A stretch of 64,000 nt of DNA, from positions 32,001 to 96,000 of the forward strand of contig JBEKYR010000013.1 in the NCBI GenBank assembly GCA_049510745.1. The letters are read 5' to 3'. Origin of the DNA: Verrucomicrobiota bacterium (GTDB lineage Bacteria; Verrucomicrobiota; Verrucomicrobiia; Limisphaerales; Palsa-1400). Both the position numbers and the translations under genes were made by a program. The stretch's first letter is position 1; the number at the start of each line of letters is the position of its first letter. The notes under the pieces were generated by a model. The model was not told the DNA's origin. It saw only the letters and a list, made by a program, of their open reading frames with translations, and ran no database searches. Below are positions 1 through 10,402 of the stretch, one piece after another.

Positions 1-11
1 CGGACGAATAT

Positions 12-890
12 ATGAAGCTGCCATACGCATCGAGGACAAAGGGGTTCACGCTCATTGAATTGCTGGTGGTGATCGCCATCATCGCCATCCTGGCCGCGAT
101 TCTGCTGCCGGCTCTGGCCAGCGCCAAACAGAGCGCGCTGGTGACCTATTGCATGAACAACAAGAAACAATTGTTGACAGCATGGGTCATGTACGCCGGC
201 GAAGGGCGCGACGTATTGGCCGACAACCACGACTACAACGACTTTAACGTCTATGAGGGGGGCGGAAACACTTTTGTGCCGGGCATTTCGACCCCCGCCT
301 GGGCTGAAGGCACAATGACCTGGGACACCAGTTCGGAGAACACCAACACGCTCTACTTGACTGATCCGCGCGCCTCTTTGCTTGGGAATTACATCGGCAA
401 ATCGACTAAAATCTTCTGGTGCCCCGCGGACATCTTCTTAAGCTCGCAGCAGCGGCCGCTCGGCTGGCCCAACCGCTGCCGCAGCGTCTGCATGTCGGGA
501 TTTACCGGGCCGGGCCAGAAATGGTCTTTCGAGGGATGGACCAAAACCAATAGCGTCGCGAAAATGAGCCAGTTCGCCAATCCCGGACCGGCCAGTTCGT
601 GGGTGTTCATGGATGAGCATCCCGACAGCATTGATGACTGCCAGCTTTATGTGAATCCGTCCGATGCCGATGGCACAATCTCAGACGGGGTGTTCACCGA
701 ATTGCCGGCCAGCTACCACAATAAGGCGTGCGGGCTTGCGTTCGCGGACGGTCATGCTGAATGTCACAAATGGCTGGAGGGGTCAACGTGCCCTCCTGTG
801 CAGTATATTCAATATGTGCATTCAGTCAATGTTGGGAAGACGAGCAGGGACCTCATGTGGCTGGCGCAAAGAACACCGCACGCGCCGTGA
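12..890 (+). CDS. Prepilin-type N-terminal cleavage/methylation domain protein with C-terminal H-X9-DG motif (PVC-type pilin-like protein)
   Basis: [25 protein letters not shown] at the N-terminus; [13 protein letters not shown] near the C-terminus. Confidence 0.9.
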   Translation: MKLPYASRTKGFTLIELLVVIAIIAILAAILLPALASAKQSALVTYCMNNKKQLLTAWVMYAGEGRDVLADNHDYNDFNVYEGGGNTFVPGISTPAWAEGTMTWDTSSENTNTLYLTDPRASLLGNYIGKSTKIFWCPADIFLSSQQRPLGWPNRCRSVCMSGFTGPGQKWSFEGWTKTNSVAKMSQFANPGPASSWVFMDEHPDSIDDCQLYVNPSDADGTISDGVFTELPASYHNKACGLAFADGHAECHKWLEGSTCPPVQYIQYVHSVNVGKTSRDLMWLAQRTPHAP

Positions 891-936
891 TTTCGGCCGC
901 CCGTTTAATGCTGGGAAAGCCGCCTGTGCCTTTTTT

Positions 937-2367
937 ATGACCAACTTGTCCGTCCTCAAACGCGGCGGAGCGCGGATTTCCGGCTTTTTTCTCCTCCTCC
1001 TGGCTTGCGGCAATGGTTTCGGGCAGAATGGCAAAGTGGAGGTTTCCCCGCCCGATTGGCTGCGCAGCGGGGTCGTCTATGAAATCTATCCCCGGGACTT
1101 TTCCAAGGAAGGCAATTTCAACGGCGTGACCGCCCGGCTGGACGACCTCAAATCGCTGGGCGTCAACATTCTTTGGCTCATGCCCATTCACCCCATCGGC
1201 GAAAAACTGCGCAAGGGCTGTTGCGGCAGCCCCTACGCGGTCAAAGATTATTACGCCATCAACCCGGATTACGGCACCGAGGCGGACCTGAAACGGCTGA
1301 TCTCCGAGGCCCACCGGCGCGGCCTCAAAGTCATCATGGACTTGGTGCCCAACCACACCGCCTGGGACAGTGTGCTGATGAAGCATCCGGAGTTCTACAA
1401 ACAGGACGCCAACGGGAACATCCAGCCGCCCGTCGCCGCGTGGTCGGACGTGGCCGGCCTCAATTACGCCAACGCCGACCTGCGCCGTTACATGATCGCC
1501 ATGTTCAAATACTGGATTGATCCCGCCGGCTTCAACTTCGACGGATTCCGCTGCGACGTGGCGGAAATGGTGCCGACGGCTTTTTGGGAGGAGGCGCGCG
1601 CGGAAATGCTCAAGGTCAAACCCGACATTATCCTCCTGGCCGAAGCGAGCAAACCCGAATTGATGGTCAAGGCGTTTGACATTGATTACGGCTGGCCGCT
1701 GTTGCACGTGCTGAACAACGTTCTTTTGCAAGGGGCGCCCGCCTCCGCTGTGCGCACTTCGTGGGAGGAATCACGCCGGCAGTTTCCCCAGGGAACGCTG
1801 CACCTGCGCATCAGCGACGACCATGACGAGCCTCGCGCCATCGCGCGCTACGGCCTGGAAGGCGCGCTGGCCGCCTCCGCCCTCATGTTCACGCTCGATG
1901 GCGTGCCCTTGTTATACAACGGGATGGAAGTGGGAGACGCCACCGAATCCGGCGACCCGGCCCTCTTCGAGAAATTGCCCGTCTTCTGGCATCCCAAGGA
2001 CCGTCCGCCGTTGACCGGCATTTACAGCGAGTTGGCGGGCTTGCGCAAAGCCTACCCCGCCTTCCGCAATGACAGCGTCACCTGGCTGCGCAACTCCGAC
2101 GAGGCCAACGTCGTCAGCCTCCTGCGCCAGGATGACTCGGATGAATTTATTGTTGTCGTCAACTTTTCCAACCGCCCGGAAACCGCGCAAGTGCCGACAC
2201 CCGACGCCGCCTCCTTCAAGCCGGTGAAGATCTCCGGCCTGCCGGACGTTGCGGACGGCGGATTGGCCAATCTGCGCCTCAAGGGATTTGAATGGCGGAT
2301 TTATCATCGCTCCCTGCCGCGCCCGATCAAGGAAGCGCGCCAAAAAGGCCCGTCACAAACGGAGTAG
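937..2367 (+). CDS. Alpha-amylase family glycoside hydrolase (GH13), probably exported
   Basis: GH13 motifs YEIYPRDF, MDLVPNHT, DGFRCDVA, LAEA, DDHD; hydrophobic signal-like N-terminus; start placed at ATG 937 rather than the ORF-track 664, which overlaps the upstream gene. Confidence 0.9.
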   Translation: MTNLSVLKRGGARISGFFLLLLACGNGFGQNGKVEVSPPDWLRSGVVYEIYPRDFSKEGNFNGVTARLDDLKSLGVNILWLMPIHPIGEKLRKGCCGSPYAVKDYYAINPDYGTEADLKRLISEAHRRGLKVIMDLVPNHTAWDSVLMKHPEFYKQDANGNIQPPVAAWSDVAGLNYANADLRRYMIAMFKYWIDPAGFNFDGFRCDVAEMVPTAFWEEARAEMLKVKPDIILLAEASKPELMVKAFDIDYGWPLLHVLNNVLLQGAPASAVRTSWEESRRQFPQGTLHLRISDDHDEPRAIARYGLEGALAASALMFTLDGVPLLYNGMEVGDATESGDPALFEKLPVFWHPKDRPPLTGIYSELAGLRKAYPAFRNDSVTWLRNSDEANVVSLLRQDDSDEFIVVVNFSNRPETAQVPTPDAASFKPVKISGLPDVADGGLANLRLKGFEWRIYHRSLPRPIKEARQKGPSQTE

Positions 2368-2387
2368 GAGCCAGGCGGCCCGGCGCT

Positions 2388-2789
2388 CTACCGTGCCACT
2401 GATTGAACGCTGCCATCGGCCAGCAGAACCAACTCCGTCCCGTCCCGCATGTTCAGTCGCATGAGGACGGTTTGGGGGCCGGGATTTTCGGCGGTCAGCA
2501 TCACCTTGGCGTCCAATCCCCGGAAGGCGGCGACGTCCTCGGGTTTGAGAAAACCGCGCGCGACCAACTCGTCAACCCCAACGGAATTGGGGATGGGCTG
2601 TGCGGCGGCCCGCAATTGCCGGGTATAAGCCTGCGCCGCCGCCACAATGTGAATGCCATTGACCTTTGCGCGCGGAGAATTGGCGCCCGCCATATAATAG
2701 AGCAATCCCGCCGCCGCCATGATTGCGGCCGCCGCGCCGACGGCAATGGCAATGCGCCTGGCGGGAGAATCGGGATCACGCAATTTCAT
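2388..2789 (-). CDS. Small membrane-anchored hypothetical protein, pilin-like C-terminus (LLADGSVQ)
   Basis: N-terminal TM helix IAIAVGAAAAIMAAAGLLYYM; start at MKLRDP. Confidence 0.6.
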   Translation of the reverse strand: MKLRDPDSPARRIAIAVGAAAAIMAAAGLLYYMAGANSPRAKVNGIHIVAAAQAYTRQLRAAAQPIPNSVGVDELVARGFLKPEDVAAFRGLDAKVMLTAENPGPQTVLMRLNMRDGTELVLLADGSVQSVAR

Positions 2790-2899
2790 TTCAGCGCAAG
2801 ACGCTACTCCCCGGGCCGTCCTCGTGTCAATTCCAAGTGGGGCGCAAATCTGTTTTTGGGTATTGGCGCCCACCCTATGCCTCTCCCCCCCCTTTTGAG

Positions 2900-2991
2900 C
2901 CGTCACACCGTCACACTCGCTGGTGGAGAATGACTTACAAAAGGTCAACCCGTCACAAAAGCCGTCACAAAGCGTCCTACGACCCGTGACA
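2900..2991. repeat. Cluster of CCGTCACA direct repeats in a divergent intergenic region
   Basis: CGTCACA at 2901, 2909, 2951 and 2963, variant CCGTGACA at 2984, and another copy at 2351. Confidence 0.7.
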
Positions 2992-3060
2992 AAAGTGGAT
3001 TTGCGCCTTCCAAGTGCTTGCGCTTGTTTCACGGTGGCATTGCGGTTAAACTGGCCGACG

Positions 3061-4371
3061 ATGAAAGAAGTTCCTGAAAAAGCCGGCGCCGGGCGCGGAA
3101 CCGTGAAGGCCTCGCGCACATCGCCGGGCATCCTGCTGGCGGTGATGGCCGCCGTAGTGATCGTCGGCGGGGCGATTGCTTACAAGACATTCCAAAGCGC
3201 GCCGCCGCCCCAGCCGCCGCCCGCGGACAACGGCCCGGGGTATTCCCAGCCCGCAGCCCATTCCAATGTGCGGCCGATCATGCCGCGCGACGACATTCCC
3301 TCCGCGCCCGCCGCGACACCCGCCCCTGCCCCAACCCCCGTTGCCTCCCCTGCCCCGCCCGCTGCTCCAGCGTTTGAACCGGTGGTGGACGCCCATCAAT
3401 TGGTTTCGTCGCTGGCGGCGCTGGACGGCAAGCAGCCGATCACCGCCGAGCAGGCGCAGAAATGGAAGGAGAACCTGCAAAGGTTGATTCGCCAGGGGCC
3501 TTCCTCGGTGCCGGGCATCCAGGAATATCTGGCGCAAAATCAGGATGTCAATTATGCCGGCGTCAGCGGCGCGGGCGCGCTCGGTTTCAACTCGCTGCGC
3601 AGCGCCATGCTCGACGCCTTGGGCCAAATCGGCGGGGCGGAAGCCACGGCGGCCATGCTGCAAACGATGCAGAGTTCGATTTTTCCCTCGGACATCGCCA
3701 CGCTGGCCAAGTCGTTGGAGGCCCAGGCGCCCGGACAGTATCAGCAGGACATCCTCAACGCCGTGCGGCAACAACTCTCGCTCGCCGCGCTGGACCAGTT
3801 GGGCGGGGCGAACGTCGGACCCTTGTTTCAGGTTCTGGCCAACGCGGCGGCCAGTGGCGCGCCGATTACCGGGGACCTGGCCCAATACGCCGAGAAATGG
3901 CCCTATTACTCCGCCATCGCGCTGGCCACGCTGCCAAACAACGCGGGCGTGCCCGCGTTGATACAAATGGCGCAAGGCGCCCTGGGATCCAACCAGGCGG
4001 CGGCGGCGCAGGCGCTGGCCGAAATGTCACTGCAGAACTCCGACGCCTTGAACTCGCTGCTGAACCTGGCCAAGAACGGCCAGCTTTCCGACCCCGTCCT
4101 GGCGCAACTGGGGCCGTTTTTGGCGGGGCGCCAGTACCAATTGGGCCCGCCGGCGGACCCGATGGCGGGAGGCTACCAGACGTATCACATGGCCGGGGGC
4201 AACCAGGATTTCTCCTCCTACGACACCTTGAATATTTTGACGCCCGCGCAAATCAACCAGCGTCTCGCGCTGATTGACCAATTTATCCAGGCCGTCCCGT
4301 CCACCGACAGCGCCGCGCAAGAGGCGCTGCAACAACAGAAAAGTCTGCTGACGAGCAAACTGGCGAAGTAG
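3061..4371 (+). CDS. Hypothetical protein: single TM anchor, Pro/Ala-rich linker, alpha-helical (HEAT-like) C-terminal region
   Basis: Long ORF with TM segment ILLAVMAAVVIVGGAIAY, PAPAPTP linker and Ala/Leu/Gln-rich helical repeats. Confidence 0.75.
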   Translation: MKEVPEKAGAGRGTVKASRTSPGILLAVMAAVVIVGGAIAYKTFQSAPPPQPPPADNGPGYSQPAAHSNVRPIMPRDDIPSAPAATPAPAPTPVASPAPPAAPAFEPVVDAHQLVSSLAALDGKQPITAEQAQKWKENLQRLIRQGPSSVPGIQEYLAQNQDVNYAGVSGAGALGFNSLRSAMLDALGQIGGAEATAAMLQTMQSSIFPSDIATLAKSLEAQAPGQYQQDILNAVRQQLSLAALDQLGGANVGPLFQVLANAAASGAPITGDLAQYAEKWPYYSAIALATLPNNAGVPALIQMAQGALGSNQAAAAQALAEMSLQNSDALNSLLNLAKNGQLSDPVLAQLGPFLAGRQYQLGPPADPMAGGYQTYHMAGGNQDFSSYDTLNILTPAQINQRLALIDQFIQAVPSTDSAAQEALQQQKSLLTSKLAK

Positions 4372-4375
4372 GGTT

Positions 4376-7300
4376 CTACGAGCATCCCAGGCTCTCCCCG
4401 CAGTTGAGGCACTTGTAGCAGGCGCCGTTGCGCACGGCGACGTGGCCGCAGTTGGGACAGGTCGGGGCGTCGAGTTGAAAATGGGAGATGCTCTCGCTCA
4501 GGCTCGTCACGACGCGGCCGGCGGCCGGTTTGGCGTGCTCGCCGTTGCCCTGGCCGTTGGTGGCGCGCCCCGGTTGGAGCAGAATATCGGTGTCGTCGGA
4601 GAGCGGCAGGTCAGGGACCGGCCGGTTTATTTTTTTTTTGACCTCGTCCATCAGGCCGGGCATCGCCAACTCGGGCTGATTGCGGGCGCCGACGCTGGCC
4701 TCGCGGTAGCCGGAAATAAACTGAAGGGCAAGCCAGCGGAAAACATAGTCGATAATGGAGGAGGCATTGCGAATTTCCGGGTTCTTGGTGAAACCGGACG
4801 GCTCGAAGCGTTGGTGGGCGAATTTGCGCAACAACGCTTCGAGCGGCACACCGTATTGCAGAGCCAGACTGGTCAGCGTGCCGACACAGTCCATCAATCC
4901 CCCAATGGTCGATCCCTCCTTGGCCATGGTGATAAAAAGTTCTCCGGGCTGGCCGTCATCGAACAGCCCCACGGTCAAATACCCTTCGTGCCCGGCCACG
5001 TCGAACTTATGGGTGATGGCCGAGCGGGTTTCGGGCAGACGGCGGCGCAACGGCTGGCCGGCCTGCGCTTTGAGCCTTTCGACCTCGGCTTCCAGTTCCT
5101 TGAGACCCACGGTGGCGGAGGGGCCTTCGGCGCCGTCGTTGGTCTTCCGGGTGTTCAACGGCTGCGAGCGTTTGGAGCCGTCGCGGTAAATGGCGACGCA
5201 CTTGAGGCCCATTTTCCAGGCCTGGATATAGGCGTCTTTGATGTGTTCCACCGTGCATTCGTGCGGCAGGTTGACGGTCTTGGAAATGGCGCCGCTGATG
5301 AAGGGTTGGGCCGCCGCCATCATTTTCAGATGGGCCATGTAGCTGATGCTGCGCTGGCCGCGATACGGTTTGAAGGCGCAATCGAACACCGGCAGATGCC
5401 CGGCCTTCAAGCCGCTGCGGATCATCGCGCCGTTCTCCTGCACGTCCTCGATGGTGTCGAATTTCTCGATGTGGGCGGCAATGGCGGCCCGTTCGCGCTC
5501 GCTATAGCCCAGCCGGTTCAGGGCGTCCCCCACCCCGCGGTTGACGATTTTGAGCATGCCGCCGCCGGCCAGCAATTTATATTTGACCAACGCGATGTCC
5601 GGCTCGATCCCCGTCGTGTCGCAATCCATCAGGAAGGCAATGGTCCCGGTGGGCGCCAGCACGGTGACCTGGGCGTTGCGGTAGCCGAACTGCCGCCCAC
5701 TGGACAGCGCGCCGTCCCAGCACCGGCGGGCCTCGTCCTTGAGATAGGCGAATTCATCGCTGGGGTGGATGTCTTCCACCGCGTCGCGATGCAGGTGGAT
5801 GACGCCGAGAGTCGAGGCCACGTTATCCTTGGCCAGGGGTTTGGAGACATGGGCGCAACGGGCGTCGTGGTAGCCCTTGAAGGGCTGCATGACGCGGGCG
5901 ATTTGGGCGGATTGCTCGTAGGCGTGGCCGGTCATGATGGCGGTGACGGCCCCGGCCAGGGCGCGGCCCTCGTCGGAATCATAGGGCAGGCCGTAGCTCA
6001 TGATGAGCGAGCCGAGATTGGCGTAGCCGAGGCCAAGCGTGCGGAAAATGTGCGAGTTCTCCGCGATCTCCTTCGTGGGGTAGCTGGCGTTATCGACCAG
6101 AATCTCCTGGGCGGTGATAAAAATGCGGACTGCCGCCTTGAACCGTTCGATGTCGAACCTCCCGTCCTCGCGTTTGAATTTCATCAAGTTGAGCGAGGCC
6201 AGGTTGCAGGCGGTGTTGTTGATAAAGACGTATTCCGAGCAGGGATTGGTCGAGTGGATCGGCTCGGTGCCTTTGCAGGTGTGCCACTTTTGGATGGCCC
6301 CGTCGAATTGCAGGCCCGGATCCCCGCAAATCCACGTGCCTTCGGCAATTTTGCGCAGCAAGGTCGCGGCGTCCTTTTTCTGCAAGGGACTGCCGTCGGT
6401 CGAGCGGCGCGTCCACCATTCCTGGCCGTCGAGGGCGGCCTGCATGAACGCGTCGCTGGCGCGCACGGAGAGGTTTTCGTTTTGGTACATGACGCTGCCG
6501 TAGGCGTCGCCATTATAGGAGCCGTCGTAGCCCTGTTCGATCAAGGCCCAGGCTTTCTTCTCTTCTTTCTGTTTGGCGTCGATAAACTCCTCGATGTCTC
6601 CATGCCAGTCGCGCAAGGTGTTCATTTTGGCGGCGCGCCGCGTTTTGCCGCCGGATTTGACGACATTGGCGACCTGGTCATAGACCTTGAGGAACGAGAG
6701 AGGGCCGCTGGGCCGGCCGCCGCCGCTGAGTTTTTCGCGGCTGGAACGAATCGGGCTCAGATCGGTGCCCGTGCCGGAGCCGTATTTGAAGAGCATCGCT
6801 TCGCTGTGGGCCAGATGCATGATGCTCTCCATGTTGTCTTCGACCGATTGGATGAAGCAGGCGCTGCCCTGGGGATACTCATATTGGGTGGCGGCGCGCT
6901 CGGCCGCGCCCGTCTGGCGGTTGTAAAACCAATTGCCGCGCGCGGATTGGTTTCCGACATGGTATTGGGGGTAAAGGCCGACGTTGAACCAGACGGGCGA
7001 ATTGAAGGCGCCATATTGGTTGAGGCAAAGCCAGGTCAATTCGTCATAAAAGACTTCCCCTTTCGCCTTGTCAAAATAGTGATCGCGCACACCCCAATCG
7101 GCAATGGTGCGGCAAACCCGATGGATCAATTGGCGGACGGACGTTTCCCGTTCGCTGGTGTTCTGTTCGCCGTAAAAATACTTCGAAACAACCACTTTGG
7201 CGGCCAAAAGCGACCACGCTTTTGGGACTTCGACGTTTTCCTGTTTGAAAATGACCTGGCCGCGCTCATCGGTGATTTCCGCGGTGCGGCTTTCCCACTC

Positions 7301-7468
7301 GACCTGGTCGAAAGGTTTGACGGCCGGATCGCTAAAAAAGCGTTCCATCGGCAGCGACGTTGCGACTGGGGTTTGGGCTGGCCGGCCGCGGACGGCAGTC
7401 GAAGATTTGGAACGCCGCCGGTGGGAGGATTGAACGGCAGACTGGACTTGATCGCGTGCGTCAATCAT
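4376..7468 (-). CDS. nrdJ: Class II (adenosylcobalamin-dependent) ribonucleotide reductase with C-terminal TSCPD region
   Basis: FNSPVWFN, SACFI, TNPCSEY, APTGTI, ISKTVN, YRDGSK and terminal CPNC..CYKCLNCG..GCS; RBS GAAGGA upstream of ATG 7468. Confidence 0.96.
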   Translation of the reverse strand: MIDARDQVQSAVQSSHRRRSKSSTAVRGRPAQTPVATSLPMERFFSDPAVKPFDQVEWESRTAEITDERGQVIFKQENVEVPKAWSLLAAKVVVSKYFYGEQNTSERETSVRQLIHRVCRTIADWGVRDHYFDKAKGEVFYDELTWLCLNQYGAFNSPVWFNVGLYPQYHVGNQSARGNWFYNRQTGAAERAATQYEYPQGSACFIQSVEDNMESIMHLAHSEAMLFKYGSGTGTDLSPIRSSREKLSGGGRPSGPLSFLKVYDQVANVVKSGGKTRRAAKMNTLRDWHGDIEEFIDAKQKEEKKAWALIEQGYDGSYNGDAYGSVMYQNENLSVRASDAFMQAALDGQEWWTRRSTDGSPLQKKDAATLLRKIAEGTWICGDPGLQFDGAIQKWHTCKGTEPIHSTNPCSEYVFINNTACNLASLNLMKFKREDGRFDIERFKAAVRIFITAQEILVDNASYPTKEIAENSHIFRTLGLGYANLGSLIMSYGLPYDSDEGRALAGAVTAIMTGHAYEQSAQIARVMQPFKGYHDARCAHVSKPLAKDNVASTLGVIHLHRDAVEDIHPSDEFAYLKDEARRCWDGALSSGRQFGYRNAQVTVLAPTGTIAFLMDCDTTGIEPDIALVKYKLLAGGGMLKIVNRGVGDALNRLGYSERERAAIAAHIEKFDTIEDVQENGAMIRSGLKAGHLPVFDCAFKPYRGQRSISYMAHLKMMAAAQPFISGAISKTVNLPHECTVEHIKDAYIQAWKMGLKCVAIYRDGSKRSQPLNTRKTNDGAEGPSATVGLKELEAEVERLKAQAGQPLRRRLPETRSAITHKFDVAGHEGYLTVGLFDDGQPGELFITMAKEGSTIGGLMDCVGTLTSLALQYGVPLEALLRKFAHQRFEPSGFTKNPEIRNASSIIDYVFRWLALQFISGYREASVGARNQPELAMPGLMDEVKKKINRPVPDLPLSDDTDILLQPGRATNGQGNGEHAKPAAGRVVTSLSESISHFQLDAPTCPNCGHVAVRNGACYKCLNCGESLGCS

Positions 7469-7596
7469 GGCAATTCCTTCATTTGAATCTCTGGTTAAGC
7501 TTATCCGACAAAAATCTTTCAATCACCCTCCACCGGCCGGTGGCTACAAGACACGGTTCCACACCGCCAGCCCCATCCAGTAGGGAGTCCATTTCG

Positions 7597-7624
7597 AGCG
7601 TAACACCACATATAGTGGTTGCAA
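7597..7624 (-). promoter_or_regulatory. Putative sigma70 promoter of nrdJ with an NrdR box (7603-7618) filling the spacer
   Basis: ACACCACATATAGTGG fits the NrdR consensus acaCwAtATaTwGtg; the minus strand reads TTGCAA-N16-TACGCT with an extended -10 TG. Confidence 0.75.
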
Positions 7625-7900
7625 GCGTTTTTTTTCAAAAAGTTATTGCCATGTTTTTCACAGGAAAAAAGGCCGCTTTCCGCCCGAAAAAGGGCCATTT
7701 TGGCTGCCAAAAACCTCCCCCGCCAGCGGGCTGATCATCCAATCCCTCCCGGACACCTTGGCCGCAGTCGCATCGAGAAGTGGCTGGCCATGAACAGGCA
7801 GCGATTGTCAACGCTCTGGCCGAATCTCTCCAATCCTGAGGCCTGGATTTCTCAAAATCCACCCTCCCCATTTGAAATCAAACCTTTTGGAGGTTTTTGC

Positions 7901-7927
7901 TAAGTGTTTCCCCGTTTCTGCCGATAA
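7901..7927 (+). promoter_or_regulatory. Sigma28 (FliA) promoter of the chemotaxis operon
   Basis: TAAG-N15-GCCGATAA versus consensus TAAA-N15-GCCGATAA, about 190 bp upstream of cheW. Confidence 0.85.
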
Positions 7928-8114
7928 AGAAGGTGGCACTTGCAAATTGCGCTGCAAGCAGCGTTCTCGGATAGGACTCTGGGCCTGTCAGACGAAGGCG
8001 CGTTCGAGCCATTCGCCCTCCCGGAGGGTTTCAAGACTCGGAGGTGCCTTTTTTGCCCCCGGCCCACCCGAGCGAGCGTCGCAGACGCCCTTGCGCCGGA
8101 ACATAACGAGTACT

Positions 8115-8627
8115 ATGACAACGACATCGGAAGCAAATTCATCCACCCTTTTGGCCAAGCCGGGAAAGTACCTCACCTTCTTGCTGGGACACGAGTCCTA
8201 CGGGCTGCCCGTGCTCAAAGTTCGTGAGATCATCCGCCTGGTCGAAATCACGCCCGTTCCCCACATGCCCCCCTATGTCAAAGGCGTCATCAACCTGCGT
8301 GGAAAACTCGTGCCGGTGATGGACTTACGCATCCGATTCGATCTCGCCGCCCGCGACTTTACGGAGAGCACCTGCATTGTTGTTGCCCAGGTGAAATCCG
8401 CTTCCGGCGGGGCCGTCCACATGGGCTTTATCGTCGATGGAGTCGAGGAGGTCCTCAACCTCAACCAGGGGGACATTGAAAAAACGCCCGATTTTGGGAT
8501 AAAACTTTCCACGGAATACCTCCTCGGGATGGCCAATGTCAAAAACAAGGTCATCGCCTTGTTGGACATCGACCAGGTGGTCGATAAGGCCTCGCTCGAA
8601 AGGCTCAACGAAACCGCCGCCACTTAG
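8115..8627 (+). CDS. cheW: Chemotaxis coupling protein CheW
   Basis: [45 protein letters not shown]. Confidence 0.95.
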   Translation: MTTTSEANSSTLLAKPGKYLTFLLGHESYGLPVLKVREIIRLVEITPVPHMPPYVKGVINLRGKLVPVMDLRIRFDLAARDFTESTCIVVAQVKSASGGAVHMGFIVDGVEEVLNLNQGDIEKTPDFGIKLSTEYLLGMANVKNKVIALLDIDQVVDKASLERLNETAAT

Positions 8628-8646
8628 GACTCCAAACAAGAAAGTT

Positions 8647-10272
8647 ATGAAAAACTGGACCATCGCAAAAAGACTGGCCTCCACGCTCACCATCGTGACA
8701 GTCAGCATCATTCTGCTCGGACTTGCCTCCTGGCTGAAAACAGAACAAATCTCCGGCAATGTTGAGGAGATTGTCAACCAAAGCATGCCCGAACTTGCCC
8801 TGGCGGGGAATATCCGCTTTCAAGTCGTGCTTTTGCGGGTGACCAATCTCAAACACGCCCTGTACACTGATCCCGCCAAAAAAGACGCCTTGGAAAAGGA
8901 TGCCGAGGCGCAGGAACAACAGCTCTCCGAGCGGGTCCAGCAATACGATAAGTATGCAACAACTTTCGAGCAGCGCTCTCTCTACTCGCAAATGGGGCCT
9001 CTTTTGGAGAGCTACAAAAGCGAGACCCGGAAGCTTCGGGATGCCAGCCGGCAAAACAAAACCGAGGAGGTGCAAAAGTTCCTGCTTTCGGCGGGTCAAA
9101 TAGGCAATGAGTTTGTCAAGGTGGTCGAAAATTTGAGCAGTTTGAGCACCCTCCGCGTGGAGGCGAACGGTCGCGATGTCGTCCGGCTTATTTCCGCGTC
9201 CAAGTTGACCGTGCTGCTGTTTGTATTCCTGACCGTCGCGGTGAGCGTGGTTCTCGGAACGCTGACCACCCGAAGCATTTCAGGGGTTCTTCATCGGGCG
9301 GCTGACAAACTGTCCGCGGGAGCCGAACAAACGGCCGCCGCTTCGGGACAAGTCTCCGCCGCCAGCCAGATGCTGGCGGAGGGCGCCAGTGAACAAGCTG
9401 CCTCCCTCGAAGAAACCAGCGCCTCGCTTGAGGAAATTTCCAGCATGTCAAAGAGGAACGCAGAACACGCGCAAACGACCAAAGGCCTGGCCAACCTGGC
9501 CCGCGTCGCGGCCGACTCCGGCGCCAGCGACATGCAGAAGATGAGTCTGGCCATGCAAGACATCAAGTCCTCCAGCGATGACATCAGCAAAATCATCAAA
9601 ACAATAGATGAAATCGCCTTTCAAACGAACATCCTCGCCCTCAACGCGGCCGTCGAGGCGGCTCGAGCTGGCGAGGCCGGCATGGGCTTTGCCGTTGTGG
9701 CCGACGAGGTGCGTAACCTGGCGCAAAGGAGCGCCCAGGCCGCCAAGGAAACGGCGGCCAAGATCGAGACCGCCATCGCCAAGACCTCGCAAGGCGTGCA
9801 GATGAGCGAAAAGGTGGCGCAAAGTCTGGCGGAGATCGTCACCAATGCCCGCAAAGTCGATGAATTAGTCGCTGAAATCGCCACCGCTTCAAAAGAGCAG
9901 AATGACGGCGTCACCCAAGTGAACACAGCGGTGTCCCAGATGGACAAAGTCACCCAAAGCAACGCCGCCAGCGCCGAAGAAAGCGCCAGCGCGGCGCAGG
10001 AATTAAATGCGCAGACCCATGTGCTGCGCGGCGTGGTCGGCGAGTTGCTCACGTTGGTTGGGAGCGCAAATGAGCCAATATCCACTGGCGACGCGCCCGC
10101 TCCAAGGCCGGCGGCGGCCGACGCCCCAAGGAAGCCAGCCGTCGCGCCTATCAGAAAGACGTCCCAAAACGGCCAGGGACGGAAGTCACCCGCCGCGATT
10201 ATCTCGCTGGCGGCAGCCGACTCTCGCAAGAAATCCGAACTGCCGATGGAAGGCGACTTTACATCATTCTGA
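8647..10272 (+). CDS. Methyl-accepting chemotaxis protein with four-helix-bundle sensor and C-terminal pentapeptide DFTSF
   Basis: Two TM helices; [37 protein letters not shown] hairpin; xFxxF tether. Confidence 0.95.
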   Translation: MKNWTIAKRLASTLTIVTVSIILLGLASWLKTEQISGNVEEIVNQSMPELALAGNIRFQVVLLRVTNLKHALYTDPAKKDALEKDAEAQEQQLSERVQQYDKYATTFEQRSLYSQMGPLLESYKSETRKLRDASRQNKTEEVQKFLLSAGQIGNEFVKVVENLSSLSTLRVEANGRDVVRLISASKLTVLLFVFLTVAVSVVLGTLTTRSISGVLHRAADKLSAGAEQTAAASGQVSAASQMLAEGASEQAASLEETSASLEEISSMSKRNAEHAQTTKGLANLARVAADSGASDMQKMSLAMQDIKSSSDDISKIIKTIDEIAFQTNILALNAAVEAARAGEAGMGFAVVADEVRNLAQRSAQAAKETAAKIETAIAKTSQGVQMSEKVAQSLAEIVTNARKVDELVAEIATASKEQNDGVTQVNTAVSQMDKVTQSNAASAEESASAAQELNAQTHVLRGVVGELLTLVGSANEPISTGDAPAPRPAAADAPRKPAVAPIRKTSQNGQGRKSPAAIISLAAADSRKKSELPMEGDFTSF

Positions 10273-10402
10273 GTTCGACAAGTTTTATCCGCCCATGACG
10301 CCAAACAACAGATGTCCGGCAATGAGGCTAAATCGGGCTGCTCCGAGCCGCACAGAGGGTCACGAAGGCTGGCATCCGCAGTGTTGATCGAGACAAGCAC
10401 CC

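Noticed and set aside
664..936. ORF-track start of the GH13 gene
   Set aside because: It overlaps the upstream gene by more than 200 bp; ATG 937 gives a signal-peptide-like N-terminus.
4376..7468. Intein or intron in nrdJ
   Set aside because: The catalytic motifs are contiguous, and no intein splice motifs or homing endonuclease signature were seen.
4442..7486. 1014-aa ORF on the + strand
   Set aside because: It is the antisense shadow of nrdJ. Such stop-free mirror frames are expected with high GC3 codon usage, and it has no motifs.
7932..7950. TGGCAC...TTGC near the chemotaxis promoter as a sigma54 site
   Set aside because: The GG-to-GC spacing is 8 or 12 rather than 10, and the sigma28 match explains the region better.
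7930..8050. c-di-GMP-I or -II riboswitch upstream of cheW
   Set aside because: Only isolated words (GCAAA, GGCACTTG) match and the other conserved elements are missing. Kept only as an unknown structured leader.
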